NCBI GenBank assembly: GCA_013239625.1 | Contig: MU054220.1 | Span: forward strand, 8,467,367 to 8,531,366 | DNA length: 64,000 nucleotides | Reading direction: 5' to 3' | Source of the DNA: Lama guanicoe | Lineage: Eukaryota | Part shown: piece by piece, positions 50,880-64,000 of the stretch | Position numbering within the stretch: position 1 is the stretch's first letter | Layout: the number at the start of each line of letters is the position of its first letter | Program-made: the position numbers and the translations under genes | Notes under the pieces: generated by a model | The model's database searches: none | What the model was told of the DNA's origin: nothing | The model's input: only the letters and a program-made list of their open reading frames with translations

Positions 50880-52020
50880 ATATAGTTTGGATACTTTCTA
50901 TTGTTCTGTCTTCAAGTTTACTGATTTCGTTGTGGCTAATATGCTATGAAAAGCATCTAGCAATCTATAGATTTACATTTTAGGTAGAACTTTGTATTCT
51001 GGAATTTTTCAATTGTTCTTTTTAAATTATTTCTATTTCTGTATTTAGATTCAGCATCCTCTCCCTTGTTATTTTTTCTTTATATTCTTAGACATATCCA
51101 TAAAAAATTTAAAACTCTTTTTATGATAATTGTATCATCTCTGTATTATCTGTGTCTGTTTCTTGTGACTGAATTTTCTCCTATTTATGGGTCACAATTT
51201 CTTTCTTACCCATATCTCATCATCTTAATTATATTTTTGACAGTGTAGGTGCTGTGTTATTTAGTGCCTAGGTTTTGATATCTTTCTTTGAAGAGTGTTA
51301 AGTTTCATTTTCCCAGATAATTTATTTGAAGATTGTCTTGAGCCTTTCAAGACTTGGTTTCTAAACATTGAAAAGTACGTTCCGAGTAGTGCTTATTCAT
51401 GTTGTGGTAGTCCCAATGCTAAAGAATTATTAGTCCCAATGCTAAAGAAGTATCTTTACTGATTTCTACCAAATGACCATAGTGTTCAGTGAGATATCTC
51501 CACATTTGCTTTCAGAAATCCAATCTCAACCTTGTACAATATTTAGAACCTCAGTTCATCACCTTGACAATTGTACTTTACTTAAGCCTTTAGTCTTGTC
51601 CTATGTATGGGTATATCAGTGTTTGACTAAAGATTCAAAGGATTCTCTGGTCGGAATTCAGCCACTTCTTTTCTGCACAACACTGTTTTTTGTTTTATTT
51701 TTGTTTGTTTGTTTGTTTTGTTTTGTTTTGGTATCCTGTCTCAATAATTTGAAAATACCAACTATGCCTCAGTTCAGTGATACTAATATTATCTGCCTAG
51801 TTTCCCCACTACTCCAAGCTGTGGTCGAATGCTTGGTCTAGAAAACTTTTCGAGGTAGAATGTCAGCGTGACCAGAGTAGGAGAATGGCCTTGCTTGTTT
51901 CCTTTTTCTCAGAGATTATGATCTTGCACCTCGTGTTGTCCAATATTTGAAAACAGTTATTTTAAGTGTTTTGTTCAGATTTATAGTTGGTTAATGTGGG
52001 ACAGCTAGTCTGAGAGCAGA
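50880..52020 (-). mobile_element. Ancient L1ME/HAL1-type 5' and ORF1-region fragment
   Basis: TTCTATTGTTCTGTCTTCAAGTTTACTGATT and TTCCTTTTTCTCAGAGATTATGATCTTGCACC...GTTGTCCAATATTTGAAAACAGTT. Confidence 0.55.
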
Positions 52021-52464
52021 TACTTTTATTTTAATGGAATAATCATTTTTCCTTTGGATCTAGCTTCCCTTGTGTCCCGTTAGGCTATGATCATATCTCC
52101 TTAGGGACATTTAGCCATGTAGTATTGAAGGAATCAGCTTTCTCACCTCTCATTTTCAGAAAACTGTTTCCACATATCTCATTATGAATTGTGTAACACT
52201 ATTGGTATTTCAATATTGCGCATCTGGTCATAATTCTTACCTTACCTGTGCAAAAGCAGTTGTTAATAGTTGATTCCTAAGAACAACTCCACATTTAAAA
52301 TTTCTAAGCTGTTATCCCTTAACTCCAATTCTGATATATAAGAGGAAATTGAAATAAGAGAAAATGTTAATATTCACTCATTCTAACTTTGTTGAAATCA
52401 AATACCAGTATTTTCTATTATCCTATACCTCCCTTTCATTTTCCCAAAATACGTGGACACACAT

Positions 52465-52720
52465 AGTACAGCACAGTGACTAAGATCATGGATTTTCAAG
52501 TCAGATAAATTAAGATCAGAATCAAATTTATATATTTTATCAACTTTATGACCTTGAGAAATCATTTAATTTTTCTAAATGATAGTTTTCTCTCTGTAGA
52601 ATGTTGATAATAAATCCTAACTCTTAAGATAATTGTAAAAGTATAATTAATTACCTATATAACTTTGTGTCCATTTTCTCCCATGTAGCAAAGACTCAAT
52701 AAATGATACCAGTTATGATC
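52465..52720 (+). mobile_element. MIR, near full length
   Basis: GTACAGCACAGTGACTAAGATCATGGATTTTCAAGTCAGA...ATGACCTTGAGAAATCATTTAAT...AGTTTTCTCTCTGTAGAATG. Confidence 0.7.
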
Positions 52721-54601
52721 ATTTACAGCCTTGAATTTACAAAATTGTATTTCAGTAAGAATAGCTGAAAGAGGCTCCAATTCTTTATTAACAATGTTTC
52801 AGCTTGTTTGGGAAAATGCTAGGAAAAAATGCCTTTATATTATTAAATAGGAAAGGAATAAATTAAATGATTTAGAAAATCAGCCTTTTCAGACATGGCT
52901 ATGACTTCTAGTACACACATTTTTTAGAAAGATTGCCTTGTTTCCATGGTTAACAATTCAGTGTTCTAGAGACTGTTCAATAAGGAAGGCTTGTTATGCA
53001 GAGGAATAAATGGAGGTAATTGGGAAAAGGCCAAACTGGTTCATTTGGTGTTTTTGTATGTGTTGTCAAGTCATACAAAACGTCAGTAGGAAAATCATAA
53101 ACCTGTTTAGAATCAATAACTAGTGCCTCAAGTACTTGATTTCAACTTCGACCTTGACTTCAGAACCTAATTCCCATTGCAAAGACTGTGAACACTGAAG
53201 ATTTCAGGCAATTTGCTATCTGTAAACCAAATGTGATTTTCTAATCAGCTGGTGACTATGGGAAAGCAAACATACACTGGGTAGAATTTGTATTCCTGGA
53301 ACACTAATGGGTATATCGTGAGGCGCTTATTAGCAAGTACATGTTTGTTGCTATGAACCTTCAGACCCTTTGCAATTAAGCATGTAAAATGAGATGCTAT
53401 TTGCAATGTTAAGTTTTGTTTAGCCCCATCTCCCAAAAATAATCCAATAAACGTGGGAGAATCACCGGACACTGATAACACCACCTGTTGACCAGCTTAG
53501 GCTGTCTGCGCTAATGAGAGTTCTTTTCAAACCTGCCTGACATCCTGCCAATTTGAAGGTGTGCATCACTTCAAACACGCTGTTAAATTAGTGGAAATAA
53601 GGTAGTGAGGCACAACTAATCACGACAGACTGCCAGAGTCCATCACCGGGAACTTGACAATGTTCTTTTAAGGAGGCTCTTCCCAGTCCCAAAATAAAAA
53701 CCACAAGAAACTTCATTTTGAAGGATTAGAGTTTTAGAGGACCATCTGACTTTATGAATACGTTTTATGTTTCAACTATAATAAAAAAAAATCTGAGAAT
53801 TACATATGGGGTTATGTTCCTGAGAGCCTGTATTTTACATTACATTACATCAACCTGGAAATTAGTTGTGTCTATTTTTTTAGTGAATTTAAAATTTGCT
53901 TTCAACCTCCTCTGTAAATAAAATTTGCACAAGTCAAATAGAATTAGATCTACTTGAGATATTCGCCATCATCTGATGCACTCTATAAACATGTGTTAAA
54001 TTGAACATATTTTTCTGCTCCAGATGAAAACTGTAACTATTACAAGTGTATGCATCCAAAAGAATTAGCTATTTTTTTTAAATAGTAAAATATTTAAGTG
54101 CCTTTAATTTTAAACACATCTCTCACTAAACATAAATTTTGGATACTGGGGGATTTATTTATTATTAAAATAATAAAGGTAAGCTAGGAATTATTTTTAG
54201 TGAGACATATAGTTCATCCATTAATTTCAATGTTCTCTCTCTGGAAAAAAAAAACTAGAAAGTATCTTGTGGGGAAATATCCACTTTTGTTTGAAACACA
54301 ATTTCAATAAATTTTTTCATGTTCAAATAATGCAAAACATGGGGGAAACAGTTTTAAACTGATGTTTCATTTATGACTTTCATGTTTGCAAAAGACAAAA
54401 TGCTACTGAATTTATTACATGATGAGGGACTAGGAAACAGGCTGCTTTATTGAAAAGGTCAACTTGCACTAGAAATAAAATAAAACCACACAAAAACATC
54501 ACAATAAGCTTCAAGAAAGATTCAAAATTAACCAGATTTTCCCTTATGATTTTTTCCCCTTATTTCTGGTACTTTATTTTCCGCCTTGTATCCTTTTCGT
54601 T

Positions 54602-55128
54602 TGTCAGGGAGGAAGCAATTCTCCTCTGCCTTTCTAAGTTCCTCTGACTGGTCTAAACATTAAATTGATAGGAGACTGACTAATAACGGAAAAATCAAAC
54701 CAGAGTTTAATAACATGGGAGAGATCCAGTAAAACCAAGTAACTCACTAGAGTGGCCGAAACCCTTCATCTTCATCTAAAGACAAGACAGGGCACTGGGT
54801 TAGAGTTTGGGGACTTCACAGGGGAGGAGAGCAACTGACATGGAGATGGAATAATAAATGTCTGATAAATAAATGTTTGCTGGGCCGTGCAGAGACAATA
54901 CAGACAGGACTCTGATTTCTAAGAGTTTTCCCCACCACCCCATGTTCTTTGAAGCTATCTCTAGCTCTGTTCTGGGAAGAGGCCCACTATCTATTTTTTT
55001 TTTTTTTCTTTTTGGCAGTTATAGGGAAAGATCAGTTTTTTCCTGAGTCTTTTGGGCTTTGATTTTTCAGCTCTAAGTAATTTACATGCCAAAGAGACAT
55101 TTTGGGGAGGCAATTTTGCTCCCCTACA
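54602..55128 (-). mobile_element. ERV1-type (MER4 group) solo LTR
   Basis: TGTCAGGGAGG...GCTCCCCTACA imperfect inverted ends; ACATGCCAAAGAGACATTTTGGGGAGGCAATTTT. No clear TSD; subfamily uncertain. Confidence 0.65.
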
Positions 55129-55667
55129 CCTCTTTATGATTCTTCTAAGATTTCTCATACAGCTTAGAATGGCTTCCTTAACTTTGAGTCTAGGACATTT
55201 TCCCACAATTAGGTGTCAACTTTCTTTCATCATCCCAGTTCGTAAGAGGAATCTATTTGGAACAATTCGTCACTTGTTCTAGATTAAGAAATGATAGTTT
55301 TCTTACAGCCTTTGCAAGACATTCTTTTCCATACTATTCCATTCTCTCCAATCACCCATAACTTAGGTGTAGAATCATTTTGTATAGACTCAATATACAG
55401 AGGCGTGCATCAAGGAAGTCTATTTATAGAGGTGGATTCTCTAAGAAGGATACAGGTTAACATAGGGGGTTCAATCAACACCCAGGACTGTATTTTTTTT
55501 TTAACAAAGGAAGAAAACAAATGGGCCAACAATAAAGAATTGTTAAACAAATGATGCTACCTACCAGTAGGTAATAGAAAAATATTTAGTAGTGGTAAAG
55601 ATTAATATAAGCACTTCAAAGGAAAGTAGAAAATTATTTCTAGCTAGGATAATCAAATATCCTAGTT

Positions 55668-56240
55668 TGACTGAGATAGTGACCAAGATGGCCTTGAAGT
55701 TTCCCTCAACTTGAACAAATTTTAGACAGGCTTCCTCCTGTCTCCAGACCTCAGATCTCCATTTCCTTAGAGCATTTACTTTAGGAAATTTGTAATTACA
55801 AATTCTTTCTCTGCCACTTTGAGATTAAATTTTTTAAAGCCTTTTGCCAAGTTTTACTGCTAGGACTGTCTTTCTCAAGGGGCTGAGAACCATCCAAAGG
55901 TCATCATCAAAGAGACTAGCACCCCTATTTCCAAGTCTCTGTGGGAGCATAAAAGCTTGACTTCAGTGAGGATCCAGCTCCGCACTGTAGGACTACCTCC
56001 TTTAATAAAAGTATGATATGAAAAAATTTATTTTTCCCTTGGATAAGGCCAAATAGTAAACCCAGGTGGCTTATGATCCCACCAACACCCCGCCCCCACC
56101 TACCCCAGCTCCCAGCTCCTAAAAACCCAGCCCTTTGTTTCAATGGAATTGAGTTCAGACTCATTTCTGGCCTCTCTCCCCTATTGCAGTAGTTTTGCAA
56201 GAAGTGTTCCTTGTAAAGAAATCTCTAAATTTCTGTTTAA
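55668..56240 (+). mobile_element. MER31/MER67-like ERV1 solo LTR
   Basis: AAATTTTAGACAGGCTTCCTCCTG, CTTAGAGCATTTACTTTAGGAAATTTGTAATT, GGAATTGAGTTCAG, CTCTCCCCTATTGCAGTAGT. Confidence 0.75.
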
Positions 56241-56458
56241 TTCTAATTCAAAATCTTTTAATACTCTTAAGCTCAAGTATTCAAGAAAGGGAGTAAAAGA
56301 AACTTGAGCTTTGAAGATTTAATTAAAGAAAATTCAAACAGTACATCATTAAAATTTACACTGACAAAGTCAATGTGGCAGGTGAAAAAATAAATAATAG
56401 AAAATTCAAATGATTACACATTTTATTTTGAAAACTTAAAATATGTCTACTCGTACAA

Positions 56459-57042
56459 TGTATTAGTCAGGGTTCTCCAGAGAAACGGAACCAATAGTAT
56501 ACAGATAGATGTACAGATAAGTAGCTAGATAGATAAATACATATAAAAGGAGATTTATTATAGGAATTGGCTCCATATGGGGTTATGGAATATGAAACCA
56601 CAGTTTGTTGTCTGCGAGCTGGAGAACCAGGAAAGCTGATGGTATACTTTAGCCTTGAGTCCAAATGCCTGAGAAATAGAGGAGCTGATGGTGTAACTTC
56701 AGTCCAAGGCCAATGGTCTCAGAAGTGGGGAGCTGCTGATGTCTGTCCTGCAGTCTGAAGACCCAAAAAACAGGAACTCTGATGTCTTGAGGGCAGGAAA
56801 AGATCTATGGCTTAGCTCAAGAAGAGAGAGAATTCACCCTTCACCTTTTTGTTATATTTGGTTCCTCGACAAACTGCATGATACCCAGCCTCATTGGTGA
56901 GGGGTAGATCTTTACTCAGTCACCTGTCTCAGATGCTAATCTCTTCCAGACATGCTCTCATAAACACACCAGAAATAATGTTTACCAGCTATCTGGGTAA
57001 CCCTTAGCCCAGTCAAGTTGATACATAAAATTAACTGTCACA
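56459..57042 (-). mobile_element. MLT2B-type ERVL solo LTR, full length
   Basis: Starts TGTATTAGTCAGGGTTCTCCAGAGAAAC and ends CCCAGTCAAGTTGATACATAAAATTAACTGTCACA. Confidence 0.92.
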
Positions 57043-58179
57043 TAAGGACGATCTTTTAATGAAGTCCCTATTTATGCTTAGATGGATTTAGTTATTTTTT
57101 CCAGAAATGTGTATAGAGTTGGGAAAACCAATTTTGCAATAACAAAATTTGATAGAGTATTCAAATTAGTCATAAATAGTGATTAACTATTTGATGAATT
57201 TTGTCTTATAAAATATATGTAAAATATGAATTATAAATAAAGGCAAAATTCAGTATCAATGCAAATATTGGGGCCAAAATATTTATACATTTCAATGTAA
57301 AAAAAGTAAAATTGAAAACATCTCCCAGTTAACAAAACCTGATCTGTGTTTATATGGTAGCAGACCCAAAGCACAGACAATATTTTTTCAATTAAAAATA
57401 GTACATCAGCTTGGCTGTAATTTTTCAGAAAGCCAAGAATCTGCAGCAACCAGTAGGAAAAATGGAGCAGTTTATAAACTTGTTATGTTTAAAGATATCA
57501 AAAGATGAGGAATCAATAGTCATTCGTTTAAACAAGCTTCAGAGAGGAGAAATTATTTTTTAAGTTTGGCTATTGATCTGCAGATTTTGTTTTTTCCTGA
57601 GGATATTTTCCAAATTACCATGGTTGAAGGATTTGGTCTCCTCAGATAAAGAGCCTCTTCTGGGGGAAGAAAAGGAAACCAGCAAACATTTGTGGCTAGA
57701 GTGGAAAGTTAGAAAAGACTCCAACACAGTACTGAATGACCCAAACTTGTGGTGATTCCCAAAGCACCAAATTGCTCTCTGGGTAAAACAGGAGATGAAT
57801 TAAAAGCTTCTAAAAAGCAGAGTCAAATCAGGCATAGTTTTCCAACACACAAAACACAAAGTACTGCCAGAAATTGATCCCCGTCAACCACACCATGAAT
57901 ATTTACTGAAAATCTTTTTTCCAGATCTATAAGCTGTTTGTAATGATAGTCTGGGTTGGAATCTCTGGGCTCTGTTTCTCAGATCTGAGACATCTTCGAC
58001 CCATCAAACTCACAGTCAAAGGCCTGGTATTACCCTCAGAGCAAGGAAAAATTATATAGAGATTGACTTGTACCCCATCTGCAATTTAATGATTTTTCAC
58101 TTCAGTTTCTGATCAGATCAGGGTGAAAAATCTCCTGATTTGCCCAAAGGAGAAGATAACGTCAGGAAGTGCCTCTGCA

Positions 58180-59520
58180 GTTCTTTTGTACACAATGTCT
58201 GATTTCTAATAAAAACAATAGACTTGCAAAGAGGCAAAGACACATGATTTGCAATTAATAAGAAAAGTAAACAAGCTATGATTCAGATACTGGATTAAAA
58301 ATACAACTCTGATGAACTTGTTAAACACAACATACAAACATATGAAAAAAAATCAATGAAAATATATAGAATTTCACTAGAGTTTAAAGTTTTAAAAATA
58401 ATAAAATTTCTGGAATTGAAGAAATGGAATATCTGAAACTAATATCATAATACATGTGTTTAACAGCAGATTGGACACAGAAAAATACTGAATTAATGAA
58501 ATTAAACAAAGGTTTAATTAATTAAACAGAAAATACACAAAATGAAACATGGATATGAGGAAAAGAGAGAAAAAGTGAGAGGAATAGAAATACAATGTAA
58601 AGAAAAATCTAGACCAAAGTTTGAGGTAAGTGAGACATGCTTTTAGGGGGAAAACTAAAATATCAATCCACAGATCCAATGACCACAGTAAACCTCAAAC
58701 AGAATAGATCCAGATTCTACCTCTTAAGCACAATATAACATAAATACTAAAAACCAAAAACAATGGGAAAGAAATCTAAAAGCCACTAGAGAAAACATGA
58801 CACATTGTTCTCAATGAAACAAAAGTAAGATTGGTAGCTGACATTTCAACCGAAATGAGGAAAGACAGGAAGAAATGAAATAATATTTTCAAATTGCTGA
58901 AAGAATACAACTACCAACCTAGAATTGCATACCTAGATAACATACAAAAAAGGAGGGTGAAATAAAGATGTTTTCAGATAAACCAAGATTGGGGAATTTG
59001 TGCCAGTAGCTCTGCAGTAAAAGAAAATAATTTCAAATAGTAACATGGGCATATAGAAGGTAATTAAGAACAATATAAAAGGTAAGTCTGTATGTGTATA
59101 TAAGTTACTGTCTTTAAGAACACAATAATTGCAGTGTCTCATGGAAACTAAATTATGTATGTAAAATTAAAATGCATGGCAAAAGGAGGCAAAGGGTGGT
59201 AATATATCAAATTTAAAGGTTTTAATATTTGAGCAGCCTAGAAGTGGTAAATTATTTGTATCAATAATAAATTAAAAATGCAAATGCTAATCTGTAGGGT
59301 AACCATTAAAGGGATAGTAAAAGTGTGTATAACGGCTAATAAGAGTGAAAAGAAAGGAGTCATAGAAATGTTTCATTAATCTAACAAGAGGGCAAGAAAG
59401 CAAAATCAAAGAAAGATAAAACAGGTAAGTCTATACAAAATAAATAATATGGTGTCTATTAACAACCCTATCAGCAATTGTAGTAATTAAATTATGTATT
59501 AATATGTAAATAGAATATGT
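58180..59520 (+). mobile_element. Ancient L1M ORF1 and inter-ORF remnant
   Basis: A-rich; TTTAACAGCAGATTGGACACAG, AGCTGACATTTCAACCGAAA, CTACCAACCTAGAATTGCATACCTAG, GGTGAAATAAAGATGTTTTCAGATAAAC are ORF1-like. Confidence 0.75.
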
Positions 59521-61244
59521 GGGTTGTATAGATGTAGTTGTGAACTTCTATTAGATGGGCAGATAAATATAACTTCAAACATCTCTACCTTTTCATAACA
59601 TTATAAAACAGCTCATTTCTCAAATGCTCACTTCAAATCAGTTTAAGTTTAATTTAATCCATTATTTGTTCACCCTCACTCCATCCTTCGTGGTTTCAGG
59701 CAGTAATTTTATTTTATTTGGATCTGTCTGCATTTTTATGCTTCCTCAAAGGATTCTCTCACATATTAATGGTGAGGGATTGGTGAGCATTTGATGTTCA
59801 TGCACTCCATTCCTTTGGTGATCATATTCCCTTTTAGCTTTCATCTGTAAAGATTTATAAATAATGAATTCCCCTTTTCAGTATAATCTTGTAAAAGGAC
59901 TTTTGATTATTTCTTTAGCTGTTCTCTGCATTTCTCTCCCACTTAGGCAAAAAGAAAAATACTGTCTTGTAACTTACAAACAGAAAACATCATACGGAAG
60001 TCTGGGCACACATGCACCATGGGTGCAGGCACAGATCATGTGTTATCCAGCATCTGATGATCCTTTTTATCTACACTGGCACACAGGACACTCAGTTCCC
60101 TTCCACGGGTTAGAACTAAACTCAAGAGGCCATTACTTTATCAATGTAATTTAAATACCTCAATAAATATAATGGACTATATTTTATATACTGAATTTTA
60201 GCTGCCATTCTTCTGTCTGCATTACGAAAGAGCGAACTATTCTGACCTGTTAACTCAGACATCTTGGAATTTCACTCTCTCACACTGAGAAACCCAGGCA
60301 TCTTTTGGGAACACAGTCACTAGACGGTGATACAATGAGAAGAAAATATTATATACGTCAAACCCCTGAAATTTTAAGGTAGGTACGTTATGCTGATGAA
60401 CATTTTGATTTGAAAGAAATTATAAATGTGCAGGCTACCAACCAAGAGAACACATTTTCATGTGACTTCACCTACCCATGTCATCTCAGAGAAACTTATC
60501 TCATCCTTACTGTGTTTTTGATGATGCTATATTCATATAACATTTAAGAATTGAAGACTCTAAGATTTTATTAAACGGAAATGAATATGAAGAAAATGTC
60601 GTATGTTTACGTGTTACTAAAAGCACTCATTTCATGTATAAGCTGCTTTACTCCAGCAATAACTCTTGGTGGCAAATAAATAATTACTTCTTCTGACCCA
60701 CTGTTATTGTGATACAGGCAGAAACTCTAGATTGGTTGGATTGAGAGAAAGTAAAAGCAAAGGAGGGCAAAATTCTCTGCCTGGGTGTGGCCCAGGACTG
60801 TAAAAAGGTCCTGTATTTTCTTAAGTGCAGCACATCACGGGGCCTATTAAAAATGATTTAGGCAGATGAGCTCGACAATGAAATCCTACTTACCCCCACA
60901 ATGATACGAAAGTAGTGGAACAATTTCTCCTGTGCCCAAAGTTAGACCAAGAGTTGTGAAGTCCCATAAATCGCCTTGCTGAGTTTCCAGCAGCCAAAGA
61001 AAAATGCACGAGCTGCTGTCAAAGCAGACTGGCCTGGAGAGACATGAAGGTCAGGCAGGGAGGGAAGAGGTCGTAATGCTTCCTGGCCAAAGGACAGAGA
61101 CTTGGTAGGGATGAAGACTAAGTACCAGAAAGAGAAACTCTTCATGAAACCTCTGCACTGGTTTCTGTCTCATATCCTTGTATTTCTGTTTTAATGTAGT
61201 CAAAAAGCACAAGTTTAACAAACTATATAGCATTATGTTCCAAG

Positions 61245-61485
61245 AAAACAAACTTATGGTTACCGGGGGGGAAAGAGGGTGGAGAAGGACAAATTAGGAG
61301 TCTGAGATCTGCAGATACTAACTACTGTGTATAAAATAGAAAAATGACAAGGTTTTACATTTAGCACAGGGAACTATGTTCAATAACTTATCATAACGTA
61401 CAATGATAAATAATATGAAAAAGAATATACATATGTATAACTGAATGCTAGAAATGAATACATTATAAATCAACTATAATAAAAT
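61245..61485 (+). mobile_element. L1 3' end fragment (artiodactyl type)
   Basis: AACAAACTTATGGTTACCGGGGGGGAAAGAGGGTGG...TAGCACAGGGAACTAT...AATATGAAAAAGAATATA. Confidence 0.85.
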
Positions 61486-62689
61486 TGTTTCATGTATGTG
61501 TTTTATTGTACACTGTGTGCACAAATATATACATTTTAATTGATTAATTATATTTTGAAACATATAATTATGTATATATACTTAGTATATACATTAATTA
61601 CATTAATATATTTATTTCCATGCACAAATAAAAAAGTATGAAGAGTTTGATTAAAAAAAACACTTTTCAGTTGATTATTCAAAACAACCATCAACATTAA
61701 CCCATTCAAGGATAAAAGTGCTCATACAAGTTTTGAAAACATATGTACCCTCCTGATACAGGTAGAAAACATGGGTGAATTCACAAAAATACAACTTTTG
61801 GACCTTCTAAATTCATGCCTTTGCTTGAGTTTCTACAGAAAGCAGAAACCAAGTCAAGGGGTGACATGTGTGTAGTTTACTTGGTAAAGTGATTAGAGCA
61901 CAGATGAGAGTTGTTCCCCTACTGGTCCAGTGCCACCTTTCCAGGTTACAGATGTGTAAATATTGGCAGTTTCCAGAAGCTGCCTATTCCAGATTGAAGC
62001 CCCAGAAACAAGGTGGGGCAGAAGAAGGAGGTTCAGCTGAGGCAAGAGAGGGTCACAGCTGAAGGAAGCTGGCTACCACAAAAACGGCCAGACTGAAAAA
62101 CAAGAACTATTGAATCTTGTGTGGGTGGCAGGCAGACACAGGACAAGTGTCGTAAAGTCTTGGGAGGCACCAGAGGTGTGTGGTTCATCTGTAAACATGT
62201 AAATTACCATTTAGTAACACCCTAACCCTTATAAATAGAAAAAGACTGATTTTTATACAGTCTGTATTCTAAGCGATCTTTTAGTTTTGAAAATAAATGC
62301 TGAGAATAAGATTAAATTTCCTCTTTAATATTTTCTGTTTTGAGGAAACCCTAAGTGTGCATTTACTGAGTTTGCACTAGTTGTCATTTTTCTTGCTAAG
62401 AATTTAATTATAAAGTTTGCTTCTTTTAATGTCTCTTTCTCAAGGAAAAAAAGCATAGTTGAATATTAAAAAAAATAGATGTTATGATAACATTGTGTGT
62501 TTGAGAAAAGAACACAAGATAGGATTTAAAAGAGGTCACCAAGAAGCTGTGTTTCTCAGTGAGTTACTTAACTTCAGTCTAGTTTTCTGTCAACATAGGT
62601 TATTCATTTCACATAACATACACTGACTTGGTTAAGAGAACAGATCTGCATTTGGACTTGTGTAAAAGATGATCAATAGCATTAAGTCT

Positions 62690-62955
62690 CCTATGAACTA
62701 TGTGATTCTGATTTTATCACTTAGACTCTCTGTGCCTCAGTTTCCTCATTTAAAAACAGGGAAATAATAGTACCTATCAAATGTCTGTAACATGCTTGGA
62801 GTACTCATTAACATGTGAATGCTGAGAAAACACTTACCTAGAAAGATAAACTGATTTGCCCAAAGACATATAGATTTTGAGTAAATCCCAGGATTAGAGC
62901 CAAACTGTTAACTTTCATCCCATTGTATTCTATGCCATTCCCACAGTGCCCCACA
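62690..62955. mobile_element. Two adjacent MIR fragments (+ then -)
   Basis: CTCTCTGTGCCTCAGTTTCCTCAT...ATAATAGTACCTA (+); TGATTTGCCCAAAGACATATAG...CAGGATTAGAGCC (-). Confidence 0.7.
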
Positions 62956-63774
62956 CAGCGGTGCTTATGGTCATCTTTTGTCTCTAAAATTTATTAACAC
63001 TATTTTTATTAGTATTTTAAATTGTGTAATAAGCTCATCAGTAATTACTAATCAATAAGTTAGCCAATCACCATAGGTAGATTTGCTTTTCCATTGCTTT
63101 TAAGGTGATTTTTAAAATGTCCTTTTATTTTTAGCATTTATCTGGGAAGTATCTGGGACTGCTTGCTCTTAAGGATCTATTCTGATTCTTTTAGAAGAAT
63201 TGCTACATTTTAGGATCTCAAGCCTTACCCGGTTTGGGAAATAGAGAAGACTGACAAACGGATTCTCCAAATAGATTTTATAATTCCTCTCGGTGATACT
63301 CAGCATAAAGTGGGTTTATGATGCAGGGTAAGCCCAGAAATCAATATCTTAAGCCAAACGTCGAGTAGAAGAGATATTTCCTGGGGGTATCACTATGGAA
63401 GCCAAAGTGGCTCAAGTTAGCAATATCGAAGAAAGGGAAAATACTGCACAGAAACAGAGCCGCAAACAAATTAAACCAAACCCTGTGGTTGCAGGTGAAA
63501 CAGTATTTATAATCCCTTACATTGCATGCCTTTATTTCCAATTTCTTCTCCCAAGATGGTACTAGACTCCGTAAACACCCCTGGCCGGCAAAGACTAGGC
63601 ATTCCAACTCAGAATCACTACTTCATAACAAAACTTATTTCAAGATACATTAGGCATCCCCAGCTGGGCTAAACACAACTGCAATGTAATGTCTGCTTCT
63701 AAAAAATTTTTAAAAGGACTCTTCGTTCAGTAGCCAGTGGGCTGAGACAGCTGTATCTTAAAATCTCCAGTGAA

Positions 63775-63828
63775 CTTCAGAGTTATAAATTAGGTCCTGG
63801 TCTTCAGAGTTATAAATTAGACCCTGGT
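63775..63828 (+). repeat. 27-bp tandem duplication
   Basis: CTTCAGAGTTATAAATTAGGTCCTGGT followed by CTTCAGAGTTATAAATTAGACCCTGGT. Confidence 0.9.
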
Positions 63829-64000
63829 TTTCCCTCTGTCTGAAGAGCATTCAGAAGAAAAGATCTGAAAAATTTGGAGTGATTTTTATGGAACACCCAC
63901 ACCTTGAGAAATGTTTTGGGAAAGAATTCATATCCAGAGATGCCATAAAGGGATACATAGTGATTCCGATTGCTGGCCTGAACGTGGGCAAGGGCGTGTG

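Noticed and set aside
51408..51449. Direct repeat TAGTCCCAATGCTAAAGAA with a 23-bp period
   Set aside because: Ordinary local slippage duplication inside a decayed L1, with no further structure.
1..64000. ORFs in the supplied six-frame track (60-176 aa)
   Set aside because: None resembles a protein I recognise. Many start at TTG/GTG, overlap repeats or microsatellites, and no consistent exon chain emerges. Their lengths fit chance in mammalian DNA.

Overview
AT-rich, CpG-depleted mammalian non-coding DNA (gene desert or a very large intron). It is most likely camelid, judging from a tRNA-derived vic-1-type SINE at 32188-32335 and camelid-type young L1 3' ends. I cannot support any protein-coding gene, RNA gene or prokaryotic system. 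The supplied ORFs look like chance ORFs or decayed repeat fragments. Much of the window is layered interspersed repeats: an LTR16/ERVL provirus remnant, MaLR, MLT2 and ERV1-type solo LTRs, old and young L1 pieces, L2, MIR, MER58 and Tigger MITEs. Between them lie repeat-poor blocks that may be regulatory. The best unexplained structures are an apparent L1 3'-transduction (22532-23091), a 63-bp dispersed near-perfect duplication with microhomology ends (17255-17317 and 17927-17989), a triplicated 95-bp unit spanning a MER2B end (30467-30742), and two good CTCF-like motifs. Repeat family names come from my recall of consensus sequences, not from a search, and most repeat boundaries are approximate. 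I did not find a convincing previously undescribed biological system.
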